A stretch of DNA of 64,000 nt from Paraspadella gotoi (lineage: Eukaryota > Animalia > Chaetognatha): NCBI GenBank assembly GCA_051294375.1, contig CM119264.1:16527245-16591244 (forward strand), given 5' to 3'. The translations under genes were made by a program, and so were the position numbers. Positions 25,528 through 39,405 of this stretch are shown here, piece by piece (position 1 is the stretch's first letter; each line of letters opens with the position of its first letter). The notes under the pieces were generated by a model. It had not been told where the DNA came from and searched no databases. It saw only the letters and a program-made list of their open reading frames with translations.

Positions 25528-27640
25528 ACGAAAATCCTCACTTTTATTTCAATCTCGTAACTTTTTTTTTTTACCCGTATACGATCGTGTTATACTCGCC
25601 CGTCTCTCCGGATGATACTGTATGTTTCCCCGACGCCCCTCCCCCCCCACCTCTCTCACTCGTCGCCCCAATATTGCCCGAAGTCCATCATGCCGTGTTT
25701 TTTTTTATAATTAATTGAGGTGAAATCGTTTACTGAGACACTTTTATTTTTTTTGGGGGGGGGCTAAAAATTGGTAAGGACGAAATTGCTCAATGACTTT
25801 TTTTTACGTAACGATGTCTGTGCTATATATAGGACGTATCATTTTAATATCAGGCTGATTTTAACCCATAATCACAGCTTATAAGGCTGTAAATAATACA
25901 GTTTTATGTTAAATGTTTAAAATATATCCTCTTGTAACGAATCAAAAGTAAAACAGCTACCGAGCTGTACGAAAAATTTTTTTTTCTACATCTTTTTCGA
26001 TTGTTTGCAAACGCTTTTGGGGTTTTTTATAAATTAATAGATTTACTGATGAAATTTTTTTAAATCGGTTGACCTGGTTTTTCAATGAATATCCAAATTG
26101 CCATAGAAAATTAAGATATAAAATAGTACATGTATATACCTATTAACACTTTCTGTATTAAAATCTTTGAAAATCTTACTTTAAGTTAAAACTGTGAAAC
26201 TGTAGATCTAAATTAATTTGTTTTCTTTTTAAAAAAATCTCCAAAAATATGGGCTACATTAATTTTAGAAATATCAGGAATTATTTAACCTAATTGATTT
26301 GTTTCGTTTTTAAGTATATCCCCAAAAGTTTTTTTTAACCTTGAAAACTTTAATCGACTTTGGTTAACAAAAAAAAATTGGATATATAAATTTAATTAAA
26401 TCATGGAAAATTATTTGAAAAAGACGTAGTCTTGTTTATTTACTTATAGTGTTAAATGTTTCAGTGCCTATTGTATCACCGTCACTGATCCATTTCTAGT
26501 ATTCTAGGGAATTTCAGACGTAGCGGACAAACGGATTTTTAAATTTTTTGTACAGTCTGGTTTAATATACCTGTTGAGGTGAAATTCGTTTTTAAAATTT
26601 AAAAAATTGTTTCATGGCCTTTTTGAAATAAAATTCTATCCCATAATCTTGGCAAAGATTATAACTTTCTGGGTCGCATAAAATACTTGCCTTAATGGGA
26701 TTTCGGATAGAATTCAATCAAACTAAACTTTTTTTTCTGGGATTTTTTTTTCTTTGCCAAGGTTTGGAGAACAAAGACGCTTATCATTTCGTCACGATTG
26801 TCAATCATCACGTCGACATTAAAAATGTTTGATGAAGAACTCCATCTTTATACCAATCAAAACAAAAGGATTTTGTTATTAATAAGAAATCAGAATAGAA
26901 AAAAAAAGAAAGGATAGAACTAGAAGAACCGTCGGTACGACGATTCTTAGTAAAAGCTGCGCTGCCCAATCCGCTCAATCAGGATCTACGGTTTCGTGAA
27001 TTCGAAAATCTCCTTCGACGAACCTCACCTTCGGAAGAAAGTCTCTCTCGCAACGTTTTCTCCTTTTTGACTCATTTCGTTTCGTGCGTCAAGCGTAATT
27101 CGACATCAATTAAAGTCCCCCTGTTTAAACCATTTCAAAAACGAAATTATCTTGGACAGAGTAAGAGAGAGAGAGAGAGAGAGAGAGAGATAGTGTCAGG
27201 CGGGGCTCGATAGGTGGAAATTTCAAAACCGGTTTTTAGTTGTTAAGTTTCCCATTAAAAAAAAAAAAAGAAGAGAAGGCGACGAAATACCTACGAATGA
27301 TTACGACGAAGACGAAGACGAAGACGACGATGACGGAAAACGACAAAATGTGGGTATTGTAAAAAACGACTTATCAAAATTTGGACAATGACATGCAATG
27401 TTTCTGATAACGTTTGAAATATGTTGTTGTAGATTACGACGATTGTGTAGATGACCGTTATGATGACGGTGATGATGATGATGATGATAACGGTGAAGGC
27501 GACGATGACGATGACGATGACGATGAGGACGATTACAACGACGATGACACTTTCGCAGGAATAGTCGTCGATGACGGGGATGAGGAATAAATATAGCGTG
27601 ACGCACGCTATGATACCAGGAGCCCCTCCTGGTTAGAATT

Positions 27641-27757
<117 letters not shown>

Positions 27758-28123
27758 CCTAAAGATTTTCAATCCCGAATTAATTTCGACCCGTTTTAAG
27801 GAAATGTAAAACTTTCGAGTTTTACACTCAATAAAGAGCAAAAAGAGTGAAAGATGATTCTCTCGATGAAGCGATTAAAAAAAAAAAAGCATCGCATTTC
27901 CGTAGCGACACAAAAAAAGTATTATTCGGAGAACGAAAAGTTGTCAACACTCTCATTCTTTCTCTCACTCTCTCTCTTTCTCTCTCTCCCTCACTTTCAC
28001 TTTCTTCCATTGTTTCCTCGGCACTCAAATCCTTTCATAGGAGGTTTAGCGTCTCTCAAGGATTAAATCATCGCCTGTCATTTGAATATTTTTTGATTAT
28101 ATATTTCTTCATAACTCTTCTTC

Positions 28124-28223
<100 letters not shown>

Positions 28224-28702
28224 ACACATTTTTCCTTTCGTGTTTTTTACTTTATTCGTCGTTGGGGGTTCGTCCGTTGGTGTTATTATTTATTTTGTAT
28301 TGTTCATAGATGTTTTTTTTTTCTCGGTGAATATATTGAAACCAACGCATGAAACCTCTTCGTGTAAATTACAATTCACAACTTTCATAGTAAATCAAAT
28401 CATTTTATTTAATTTTTTATGCGAGATCACACTTTTCCGGGACCGGAGATTGACTTGATACAACGACTCTTAAAAAATAAGTTTTTTTTTATATATTATG
28501 ACACGTCTTTTTTTTCGTGGCCGTCGTCTTCGGTTTCGTTTTCGTCGTCGTCGTCGTCGTCGTCCCTGTCCCCGCTAATGTCGTCATATTTGTCGCGGAT
28601 TTCTTCGACTTCTCGAATTACGAATTTCTAATCTTAACTCACCCCACAAGACAATCTCTTTACTTTCAGCTCATTAATTTGAATTATCATAAACCAATAA
28701 AA

Positions 28703-31700
28703 ATGAAAGGAACTAGTAATTTTCTAACTTGGTCGTCGTCGTCGTTGTTTCTCGTCTTCCTTTCGGGCTTCAGTTTATTGCTCCGAATTTCCCTCACCTC
28801 CGCCACCACCACTGAATCCCCCGCCTCCACCGCCTCAACCTCCTCCACCGCCTCACCCGCCTCTTCCCCTACGACCCTTACCCATGAGAATTTTCTTTGC
28901 ATCTCCGCCACGGTCGCGACGCCGGAGCGCAACAATACCGGCGTCATCGGCCGCATCGACGTCAAAGGCGGCGTCGATTTTCCTCTCAACTTCGAACTCT
29001 TAGACAACACCGATTTTAACGGGACTTTCTGGATGGAACGACGAACGGGGAGGCTTCGCATCGCGCACCCTTTGGACGCCGAGACGCTTCAGCGCTACAC
29101 GCTACGCGTTCGCGTCAGCATGGCGGCGCAAGAGTGGCCGGTAGAGGGCGAGACGGAGACGGCGCCGCGAGGACCCACGCCGCGAGAACGGCGCGGACCG
29201 CAGAGATTCTCCCGCCAACGCGTCTCTCGCCACAGGTGAGATTTGGGAGATAACGATTTTCGTTGTGCGTCGTACGATTAGAAAGTTAATTCTGACTTTT
29301 CTTTCGTTTTTTTTTGCAAGTGATAATAATATTAACTAAAGAAAGAAATTTAAAATTATCGATATAAAAGATTAACACAAAAGGCAAGCGCACCAGTTGT
29401 TATGATGTAAAGTATTATCAATTTGCTATATAGGAACATAAACGTTAGGGAATTTCCTAACTAATAAAATGAACAAATATTAATCATTAATCAAATCAAT
29501 AACAACTCTTTTCATTTCACTCCAATTTGAAATCCGTATATTTTGTATAAAAAAAAGTAAAAAGGTGATTCATGGAAATTAGACGAAACGTTTGTTGTTT
29601 TTTTATTTCGCAGGTTTATCCCAATCGATATGGCGAGATCGACGACCTGTTTGATCTTCGTCGAAGTCATCGACGTCAACGAGTTTGCGCCAAAAATAGA
29701 AAACGTTACGGTCTTTCCCATTCGCGAGCGCCAAACCAACGTAACCAAATCGAATTTTTCGATCAACGCCAAAGATTTCGATGCCTTAACTCCAGCCAAG
29801 CTGCAACTTTATGCTACGGCGAACAAAACAAACTCGACAAAAACCGCTTCTGCAGCAGGAGTGCCGCATGTTGTCTTCTTCGACGCCGAAGACGATGTTA
29901 TAGCTGAGATTGTTGTCAGTGACGCCGACGTCGAAATTCAACAAAAGGTCACCGCCTTCGATCTGAAAAGCGAAAATCCGGCCCAGAGCTTCCACTTTCC
30001 GTTGGTACTGCAATGGGGCCGAGTTACCGGCTCCGATCTCTTCGCGGCACGGCTCGTAAAATACGGGGTCGTCTCCGGTCTAGCGCCCGGCGCCGTAGCT
30101 ACCGTCGTCGTCTCCGTCGCAGCGCGATCGCACAACTTGAGTTCAGAGGCCGTGAAGTTCGAGATTATCGTCTCGAGGCCGGAAATTCGTTGCTTGGATC
30201 GGGCGCCAATCCGCGTTACGGAGGCGGAGTCGGCGAGACTCCTCGCCCGAGGACCCTGGATCAGCGGCGCACCGAACGGAAGCCTCGTAGAGTATTTCGT
30301 CGAGAATACGACTTTCAGGATTGCAGAGGACGGGGCTCTGTGGTCTACGAAAGGCTTGGACCACGAAGCTCAGCCACGGCACGTCGTCAATTTCAGTGTG
30401 GCCGTCGCTTCGGCATCGTCGCCGACAGGAAATAAGACGAGAATCTCCAAGCTCAACTGTTCCGTCGAGGTAGAACTCATAGACATCAACGACAACGACC
30501 CTATCGTCGTGAACAAATTTTGTCGTCTGGAATGCTCCAACAACATCACAGTCGCCAATGACAGTATCGTCGGCGAATCGATTGTCCGCTACAGAATAAA
30601 TGATCGTGACTCGGGCAATGATACTAATCTCTCCTATCTCTTACGATATCTCAATTCATCATCCGCTAACTCTACTCCGTTCATAGTCGAGAAGCGCGGA
30701 GCCAGATGTTTTTTGCTCGTTGCGCAAGATTTGACGCCGTTCATCAACGCAACCTTCGAGTTGGAAGTCGTGGTGGTTGACTCGGGTTACCCCCCGCGAG
30801 AGACGACGGTTGATTCCCTCAAGGTCACTGTCGCGGCGGCCAGGACCCCAGAGTTTGAGGTCATCGTCGAGGAGCCTCGCTACGTCTCCTACATGGACTC
30901 GGTGATTTGGTACGATGACGGTCGCTTTGATGACTTTCCCATCGTCGTCCGTGGCTCCGAAGGAATCTTCTGCTCGCTTATTGATCGAGACAAACGACCC
31001 TACCTTCGAGTCAGTCGTCGTTGCCGGAGCTTTGAATCCTTCGGGCAAATATTTGGAGCGGCGAAAGTTTCGAACTCATCAAACTCAACGACACTGTGCT
31101 CCTGCAGGATGCAACTGCGCAAAAGTGCTCAGATGCCACGTGACCTTATCCATGCTCAAGTCAGAGTTTTTAATACATATTCGAGAGTCGTTAAGCCTGT
31201 TAACATAAGCGTCATAAACTTTCGTACCAATTTTTCTTTTTTACTTATTGACTCTTATGTTGGCTTCATTGATTTCGTCCCCGGTGTATTTGGAAAGACT
31301 TACCCCAGATGGCCCGAGGCTTTGATAAGTTATCCGACTTCCTGCAAAAAAACAAAGTGGGAGGAATGTTCCAGAATGGAGTACAAAATGTCAACAAAGG
31401 CGGAGAATGCCTCTATCGCGGGACTAGATGCGTCGCTCTGGTTTCAAGATCACATTTATTTCGAAAAAGAGACAGCCGAGTTTTTTTTAAGAAAAGAACC
31501 ATTTCGTGTGAAGAGAAACGCAGAAAAGCAAGAAGATGTAAAGGTAATTGCAACAGTTGAGGCTGGTTTTACAGATCACAATGGTCAATTTGTCACGTTG
31601 AGTCGGTCCAACTTAACTTTCCGCTTCATGAGCGGCATCAATGACTTTGTGAAGCATTTAAAAATCGCACACACCGTATGTAAACTAGGGGGACAAGTGT

Positions 31701-34700
31701 GTGAATTCAATGTAACTCATGATACATGCAAAGGCGAAATCTCCCCCGTCCTGAATGTGACGTGTATGTTCGGACGAGATAATTTGATTTTTTGGGCAAA
31801 AGAAAAAGGAAAAGCTCAATTGGCAAATGAATTGGGCACACCTTGGGAAAAGGTTTTTAAAGTTGGTTTTCAAGATGGATACAACGGAAAAATTTACTTT
31901 TCCAAATTCAAGCCCAACACTCATTACGAGCTATTACTAGGGGGCAGATTCTGTAGAGAGACAGAAGGTGGATGCATCATAAATGATAACGAAACAATTT
32001 CCATCTTTGCATCGGTGCCATTTTTTACGGGAGAATTTTTCTATAAAGATTACGTCAGCAGCAACGAATTTCATCGGGAGATCATTCCGCAAAATATGGA
32101 GAGGCTCTCTTACGTAAGTTTTCAATGGGAACGATTTTGCAGCTGGTGTTCTAAAGTAACGACTTATATATATTCTCTGCAAGAAAAGGAATCAGCTTAC
32201 CGGATCCAAACGTTAAACGTTACTCAAAATGGTCATCATGGTTTCAGCAATAACGACTTGAAACCTGGCTTGGTCCAAATTTACATGTTCACCGAAGTTG
32301 ATCCAAACTTTGACTTCACCAAACAATTTGACACCGTTTTTGCTCAGTACACTTTTCCAGCAGAGAAAGACGCCGAGTGCTCCTTCAAGTTTTACCCAGA
32401 TGATCAAAAATTCAGCGCTTTGTGTTCCAGTGGAGAAATCAGTTTTGTTTCAATGCTCCTCCAGGAAAACCACATGCAGATACTAGAAAAGCCAGCGATT
32501 TCTACAAATGATATCTTTGAAATCAATGAAAATTCTTACAGCACTGTTAAAAAAGAATCGCACGTCGGTATGGATATTAGTTTTTGGGAAATGTTAAAAC
32601 ATATAGAAGAAAGCAATCCATTACAAATATTTAATTTTCTCGGAGGACAAAACTTTGGTTTTCAATGGAACATCACTATTAAAATTTCCTCCGGAGAAGG
32701 TAAAATTGCATTAAATGCCATGGATTTCGTTGAGCGAAGTCTAGAATGCATCAATTGTACTAGAAAGGGAATATCATACATTGATTTAAATCCAAATCTC
32801 GATAACTCAATTGTTGTTAATGCTCTTTCAACTATAATATTCCGGGCCAGAATTACTATTTTACTTAAAAAAAATAAACAAATAGACAATTATTTTATGA
32901 CAAATATTGTGAAAAACAGACTGCAGCCTTCAGAAATAAAGAACATTCCTCTTTTCAAAGGTTGTCTTTCCAACTTTACTCTCAATTGTGGTGGCCATCT
33001 TGTCTCTCCTGAGCCTAACTTTGCGGGATGCCTATCATTGTTTTCCAACTGTCTGCCACGAAGCCAACAAATTTCAAAAATTTATAACTCTAATGTCCAA
33101 AAAATTAATCAAATTATCACAGTAAAAAATTTTCGACAATGCTCATCTGGTTACACAGGCGCTTACCCAAACTGCACAGACATTAATGAGTGTGTAATTG
33201 GCGATCCGTGCAGAGGATTTGAATGCCTCAATTTAGAAGGAGGGTATTCCTGCTCCCCATGCAAGGCTGGGCAAGTGCCAGTTGCCAAAAAAATTTTAGA
33301 TAGAGGCATTAAAGCAAGTGAATACATTCCTTTTTACAGAAATATACTCATATCATTTGATGAATATTTTGAAGGCTTGGCAAAATATTATGATTATAAA
33401 TGTATTCCAAATCAATGCACAACTGTTAGAGAATATTTCATGGAAAATTCTGAATTTCGATCAATCACTAAGACAGTTCTTTGCCACGAGCATGCAGTTT
33501 GCTCTATCACTAATACAACTCGAGCTTGTATTTGTAAAGAAGGATATAGAGGTGCTGGTACAGAATGCACAAATATCGATGAGTGCCAAGAAAAACAACC
33601 TTGTGCCGAGTTCCAAGACTGCATTAATCTTAACCCTGGTCATTTTTGTCAATGCCCTGCTGGAAGATATGGAAAACGATGTGAAACGTCTATATGTCAA
33701 AAAAATCCTTGTTACTATGGCGGAAAATGTATAGCCTCAAAAACGGTAGAATATGGATACATTTGTGATTGTCCACTTTCTCACACCGGAAAAAATTGTA
33801 CTCAAGAAAATGAGGTATTTACTTTCAGACCTCCAACAGTCTCTTATAGCAGTGCGCACTTTGTTATGATGGAAAATGGTAAAAGAATACTTGAAAGAGA
33901 TGGACTTGTGTTTAAAGCAAGGATAAAAACATACGAATCGTCAGGAGCGATATTTAGTTTGGCATCTCAAAACGGAAATGCAGACAATACATATATTGGC
34001 AGAATGCTCGAAATTAGAAATTCCACTTTGTTCTTAGTAATTTACTCCACTTTCTCAAAGCCATACTCCTGCTCTTTAAAACCTTCGACATCATTGTCCA
34101 ATGGAGACTGGAAAGAAATATTTCTCCACTACAAAAATGAGAGTTTAGATTTAAAAGTAAATGAAGAAAAAACTAACTGCATTATACCCAGAGAACTACG
34201 CGTCAACTTTACGGAATTAGGAGTCGTAGGAGGTCTGGGGCAACCTGAATTTGAAGAACCCCTTTTTGAAGAAATCAAGCCTTCACGACGATCAAGAAGT
34301 TTTCCAGAAATTCAAAAACCATTGCTCGATTCCTTTAAAGGATTACTGCAAGGGACTTTGCTTAATGGAGAAAAAGTTAATCTCAATACTGTACATTACA
34401 ACAGGCCTCCCATTGACGATAATAACACTTTATTTTTCTTGAACAAAAAACGAGGTATTTTGAATGGCATAGTGAACGACGATAAATGCCAGTACAATCG
34501 TGGTTTGTGCTTAAACAATGGCACTTGCATTACAATAGACTATAATATTGCCGCGTGTAATTGCTCAGAACCATATCACGGTGGAAGATGTGAGAAAATC
34601 CTCTTCTGTGAAGCTATTGAAGAAAACAACATAAAGTATCCGAGGCTGGGTATTAATAGAGTATACAGATCACAGAAAAAATGCCTTCAAAATGGAAAAA

Positions 34701-37111
34701 TTCTCTCAAAAGTTACGAGAACATGTTATTCGGTTCATGGGTCGGCTCAGTGGTCACAACCCAACATTATTAACAAATGTGAATCAGCTAATGAAAGTGG
34801 CATGTTCATCGCAACCCTTCTTCAAATCAACAATGATCTTGGAAACAAGCCAGATGAAGTAGTTTTGTCCAATTTATCAGAAGTTTCATCTGCAGCTGAG
34901 AGTTATAACTTGAATGATTTCAAGCTTACTGTCCAAATAATTGATGAACTTTCATTCAATGACATAACAAAATTAGATGAAACCCTAATAGTGATGAGCA
35001 ATTTGCAAAAAGTTCCGGCTTTAAAAGCGGAACCTAGCCAAGCAAAGAGTTTAGCGAATGATGCTGTAAAAATTGTAGACAGAATTATCATCAATGCAAA
35101 GATTCCTGAAAACCAAAGTGAAATAACCTCTTTCGCCAGCAATATAGTAATGACTAAAAGAAGAGTTCTTTTAAATAAACGACTAAGCGGATTCATACTT
35201 AAATCTTCAAAAGGGAGTTTCAATAACGAAAGCATTTTAACCGTTGATGGAGAGAATAACTTGGAAAACATCGACAATACTGACTCCCCCGCGGTTGTTA
35301 TCCTTCCTCTTGAATACACAGAGGATCTATTAAAAAATAATGAAAATACCGTTTCTTTCGCGGCCTACAAAGATCCAATTTTTTTTGTGACGACTACCGT
35401 TGAAAAGCAACAATCAACAACTGTAATCACAACCGAACTCGATTCCATTGTCATCGCCTGCACTTTGGGCCAAGGGGAAAAACTAAACAAGTTCCGCGAT
35501 GGTCAATTTGTTCAGGTCCGTTTTAAATTGTTTAAGCGGAAATATGACACGGCCGTGAAGAACCCGTCCCACAGATGCGTCTTCTGGGATGACAGTTCAG
35601 GATCCTGGTCAACGGACGGATGTAGTTTGATCTCCAACAGGAATGACTCAGTCATATGCCAGTGCGATCACTTGACGAATCTCGCCGTGCTATTTTCATA
35701 TCAAAACTCAATAGATAAAAAAGCTGAGGAGGTGTTGGACATCATCAGCAAAGTTTTCCTCGCCATCTCCATTGTGTGTTTGGCGTTGATCATCGTCTTC
35801 TTTGCTTTTTTCCCGGAATTAAGAAAGAACAGAATTCAGCAAGTCATCTTTGCTATATCTCTGTCGCTCCTAATAACTTACATTTTTTTCCTCCTGGCGA
35901 TCGAAAACACTCCAACGCAGAATCCGATCCTGTGTCAGGCCGGCGCCGTTATCATTCACTACTTCCTTCTCTCTGCCTTTTGTTGGACGTCGGTAGAGGC
36001 GGTCGTTCAGTACTTTTTGTTCGTAAAAGTGTTAGGCACTTATGTTTCCAAGTTTATGTTAAAGGGGGCCGTATTTGCGCATGGTTTTCCTCTCATCATC
36101 GTCGTCATTGTCCTCGCTATTGACGTCAATTTTTATGGTCCGTCTGATATCAGCGACAATCGATTCTGCTGGTTGGACACATATCCGTTCTTCCTCGCCC
36201 TTGTCCTTCCAATTGGTCTCATTCTCCTCGTCAACATTGTCTGCTTCAGCCTCGTGATGAAGGCGCTTCTTTCCAAGGACACTCTTCGAGGCCGCAGCAA
36301 CAAGGAAAATTTACCATTAGCCCGGATCGGCATCGTATTGTTTGTCTCCTTGGGCCTAACATGGGCCGTTGGATTTCTCTTGCTAGTTCCGACTCGCTTA
36401 GTGGGCGAAGCTTACACAACCGCTTTTGCTTATCTCTTTACCATCCTTAACGCCCTGCAGGGCTTTATGCTCTTCTGCCTTCATAGTCTACGAAATCCAG
36501 CTTTCCGCCGAAGGGTGCGCTGGATCTTCTGCCCTAAGGAGAAGCTCGATTCCATTTCGGGCCAAAACTCGAGCTCAGATCCCAAGTGGTCTCTCTACGG
36601 TGGTCCTCGATCCAAGAGCTCTAAGATTTCTCGGTTGACGGCGAAAGATGAGCGTTCCGTCGCGAGCCCCAAGTCTTCGCTTTACGCCAAAAATATTGTT
36701 CAGTTCAAGACGAAGCCGACCAAGGGCGGGTCTAAACTCGCCCGGTTCACGGGCAAGGAGGAGACCTATGTGGTCAACCGCACGCCCTCCGACAGAAGAG
36801 ACAGCAAAGAGTCGACGGGACAAAGCAACGGCGCTTATGAGTCGACGGGACAAAGCAACGGCGCTTATGAGTCCAACGACAGCATCTATGCCACAGTGCC
36901 GGAAGTGAAGACGAACGATCCCGTACTAATCAAAAAGGAGAGGAGACCCACCTCCTTCGTCCAATCACGCGTCCCCGCGATGCCCAACGCCTATGAAAAG
37001 GTCACGCCCTCTTTGGGCGTTCGCGACGCCGCCGACGTTGATGTCAAAATCGATGGAGTGATAAATTACTACGTTGAACTTTCAGAGCCGGCCAACGAGA
37101 GATATTTGTGA
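28703..37111 (+). CDS. Adhesion GPCR, 2,676 aa: signal peptide, about 4-5 cadherin repeats, an unassigned ~750-aa region, EGF/EGF-Ca repeats, one laminin G, EGF, HormR-like, GAIN/GPS, 7TM and cytoplasmic tail. Exons 28703-29235 and 29614-37111
   Basis: Hydrophobic N-terminus MKGTSNFLTWSSSSLFLVFLSGFSLLLRISLTSA. A phase-2 intron (cacag|gtgaga...cgcag|g) joins this exon in frame to the 2493-aa ORF. Cadherin motifs: LDAE, DVNEFAP, AKDFD, LDHE, DINDNDP, DRDSG, VDSGYPP. EGF motifs: CTDINEC, CTNIDEC, CQKNPCYYGGKC. LamG: SLSNGDWKEI. GPS: CVFWD..GSWSTDGC..CQCDHL|TNLAVLF. Seven hydrophobic helices follow. AATAAA at 37144. Confidence 0.93.
36809..36873 (+). repeat. Perfect in-frame 30-bp tandem duplication in the aGPCR tail (ESTGQSNGAY x2)
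   Basis: gagtcgacgggacaaagcaacggcgcttat at 36809-36838 and 36839-36868. Confidence 0.95.
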
Positions 37112-38700
37112 GAATATCACGATCTGTCCGAAAGGACTTATGCAATAAATAAATCCCTCCACGGTTTTTGTGATAATGTTATCCACTCTTTGTTTGGTTT
37201 TTTTACCTCGTTTTTTCCCTATACTGTAAATTTTATTACTGAACATATTTGGTTTATTTTATTATTTAAAAAAATTGTGTCGTACCCGTGTGGCATTTCT
37301 TATTTAAGCAAGAATTGATGCATACAGGAACATAATAAACAGTGTCGGGCCTAAATAGTAGTACTTTGAAACCTTTAAACTCAGAACTTGCCCAGAATCG
37401 TAGAAATAGGCACAGGCAGTATCAACGCATCGGAGTGAAACAAAACGAGAATAATAGAGAAATTTTTTCTAATTGTCTGGGAACTTTTTATTTTAATTGC
37501 CGATGACGCACATAATTTTGATTCGATCGAAACGATCTTTTAATAAAGGAAGTTCCAAAATCTTAGTTCATTTTATAAAATCACGAGAAAAAAAAACGAT
37601 CGTGAAAAAAATTAAAAAAGAAACTGGATCTGGAAATTTAATGAGACCTGTATTGATTTCCCAATTTTTCGAGATATTTTCGTTCTAAATTTTGTTTTAA
37701 AGTATGGTTAAAATATAACGCAGTAAAAAACGCTACTAGCTATGCATCCGTTATTTCATCCATCCATCGATCTGTCTTCATGCCAAGAGTATTTGGCCAG
37801 TCTTTAAATTACAAAATTTGGAGCCCAGCCCATTTCTCGTAAAGAAGAAACGGGGATTGTAGATATTTATGTGTGAGAGAAGGAGAGAAGGATAGAATGA
37901 GAAACCGAGAAGCGAAGATGATTTAAAAAAAAACTGGTTGACGCCAAGATCGAAATAGCTCTCTTTTATTTTCTTCGGAGGCCCGGATGTTGTTGAGTAC
38001 ATTGAGTGGGCGCGATGTGGTTTTGTTTACTGTGTAATCGCCGGTGGCGCCTCAAACGGATAAAAAGCGGCCTTACTTTCAATTATCGTGACCCTTATTT
38101 TTAATTGTTTCTTCTTTCTGCTTTATGCTTTTCTGCTTTACTCCTCTTAGGTCCTCTTCAGAGATTTTGTTATTTTCGACTATCCGTCTGACGCTGAGGA
38201 TCGATAAGATAGCATTTTGAAAAATATGAAATTATAATTTAAAACTTTGGGAATTCGTCCCCCGTTCGGTCATAACGATGACAATCATTTTTTCGGAGTC
38301 TAAAATTATGTGGTATTAAATGCTTCGTTCGAAAACTGCCATCAGTATATTTACTAAACATGTCCTTTTCATTCTTATTTTGGATATGATTTATTGGTCA
38401 CTGAGTAATAAGTTTTAATGACTCTCTGTTTTTTGAACGATGGTCAAAACCTTTTTGATGCGTAAAAAGAAAAGACTCTTTCTCACAGTAGCTCGGAAGA
38501 GATACCTTATATTATAAGTTATAAGTGATAACTATTGTCAAAAGATAATGGTGAAAAGATCTAAAAGCGGCTGAAGAGTCAGAATGAATGAGTTGTCCGC
38601 GTGAAATCCCCCAAAAGGTCAAACGAACGATGGTTTCCGAGTAACTGGATGTTATAAAATGATGAAGAGAGAAAAAAAGGAAGGAAGGAAGGAAGGAAGG

Positions 38701-38777
<77 letters not shown>

Positions 38778-39405
38778 GGGAGAGAGAGAGAGAGAGAAAT
38801 GGAATTTGTACGTGAAAGTTTACAGTGAACTACTGAGTAATAAAAATTGCTTTTTGTCAAATTTTCTTTCAATGAGGTAAGTTTGAATTGCGCACGCAAC
38901 TCATGGCGCATGGTTAAAATGAAACAATAAAAAAATTTAAGGTTGAGATCAAGCCAATGGTTGAATATAAAGTTATTTTTGATGGTGGGCGTACTGGCCG
39001 TACAATCTCTGTTTGCCCCCGGGGGCTCGTAAAAGTGAAAAATTTATTTTCACCTTGGCATTTCTGGTCGACAGAACTGTCATTTCTATTATCTATATCA
39101 GTTCTTTCATGGCGTCAAAGACGATATTTGGACAAATTAGAAACTCTTCTCAGATTCACGAGCCAATTTTTCTTTCACTTATACCTCAAATCTCTTTGTT
39201 CTTTTTTTTACGCGTGATCCTTTGCGCGAGTTCGTCCTCCGTCCCTCTCACTCGCATCTCTGGCCACTGTCTGTTCAGTATCTCTCTCTATCCCTCTCTC
39301 TGTCCCTCTCTCTCTCTCTATCTCTCTCTCTGTCTTTCTCTTTCTCTCCCTCCCCTCCTCTCTCGCGATCGGCTCGTCGAAATTTAAAACTCGCCAGGAT
39401 TTTTG

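Noticed and set aside
29630-37111. Calling the aGPCR CELSR/flamingo outright
   Set aside because: Domain counts and 7TM motifs do not match CELSR, so no gene symbol was assigned.
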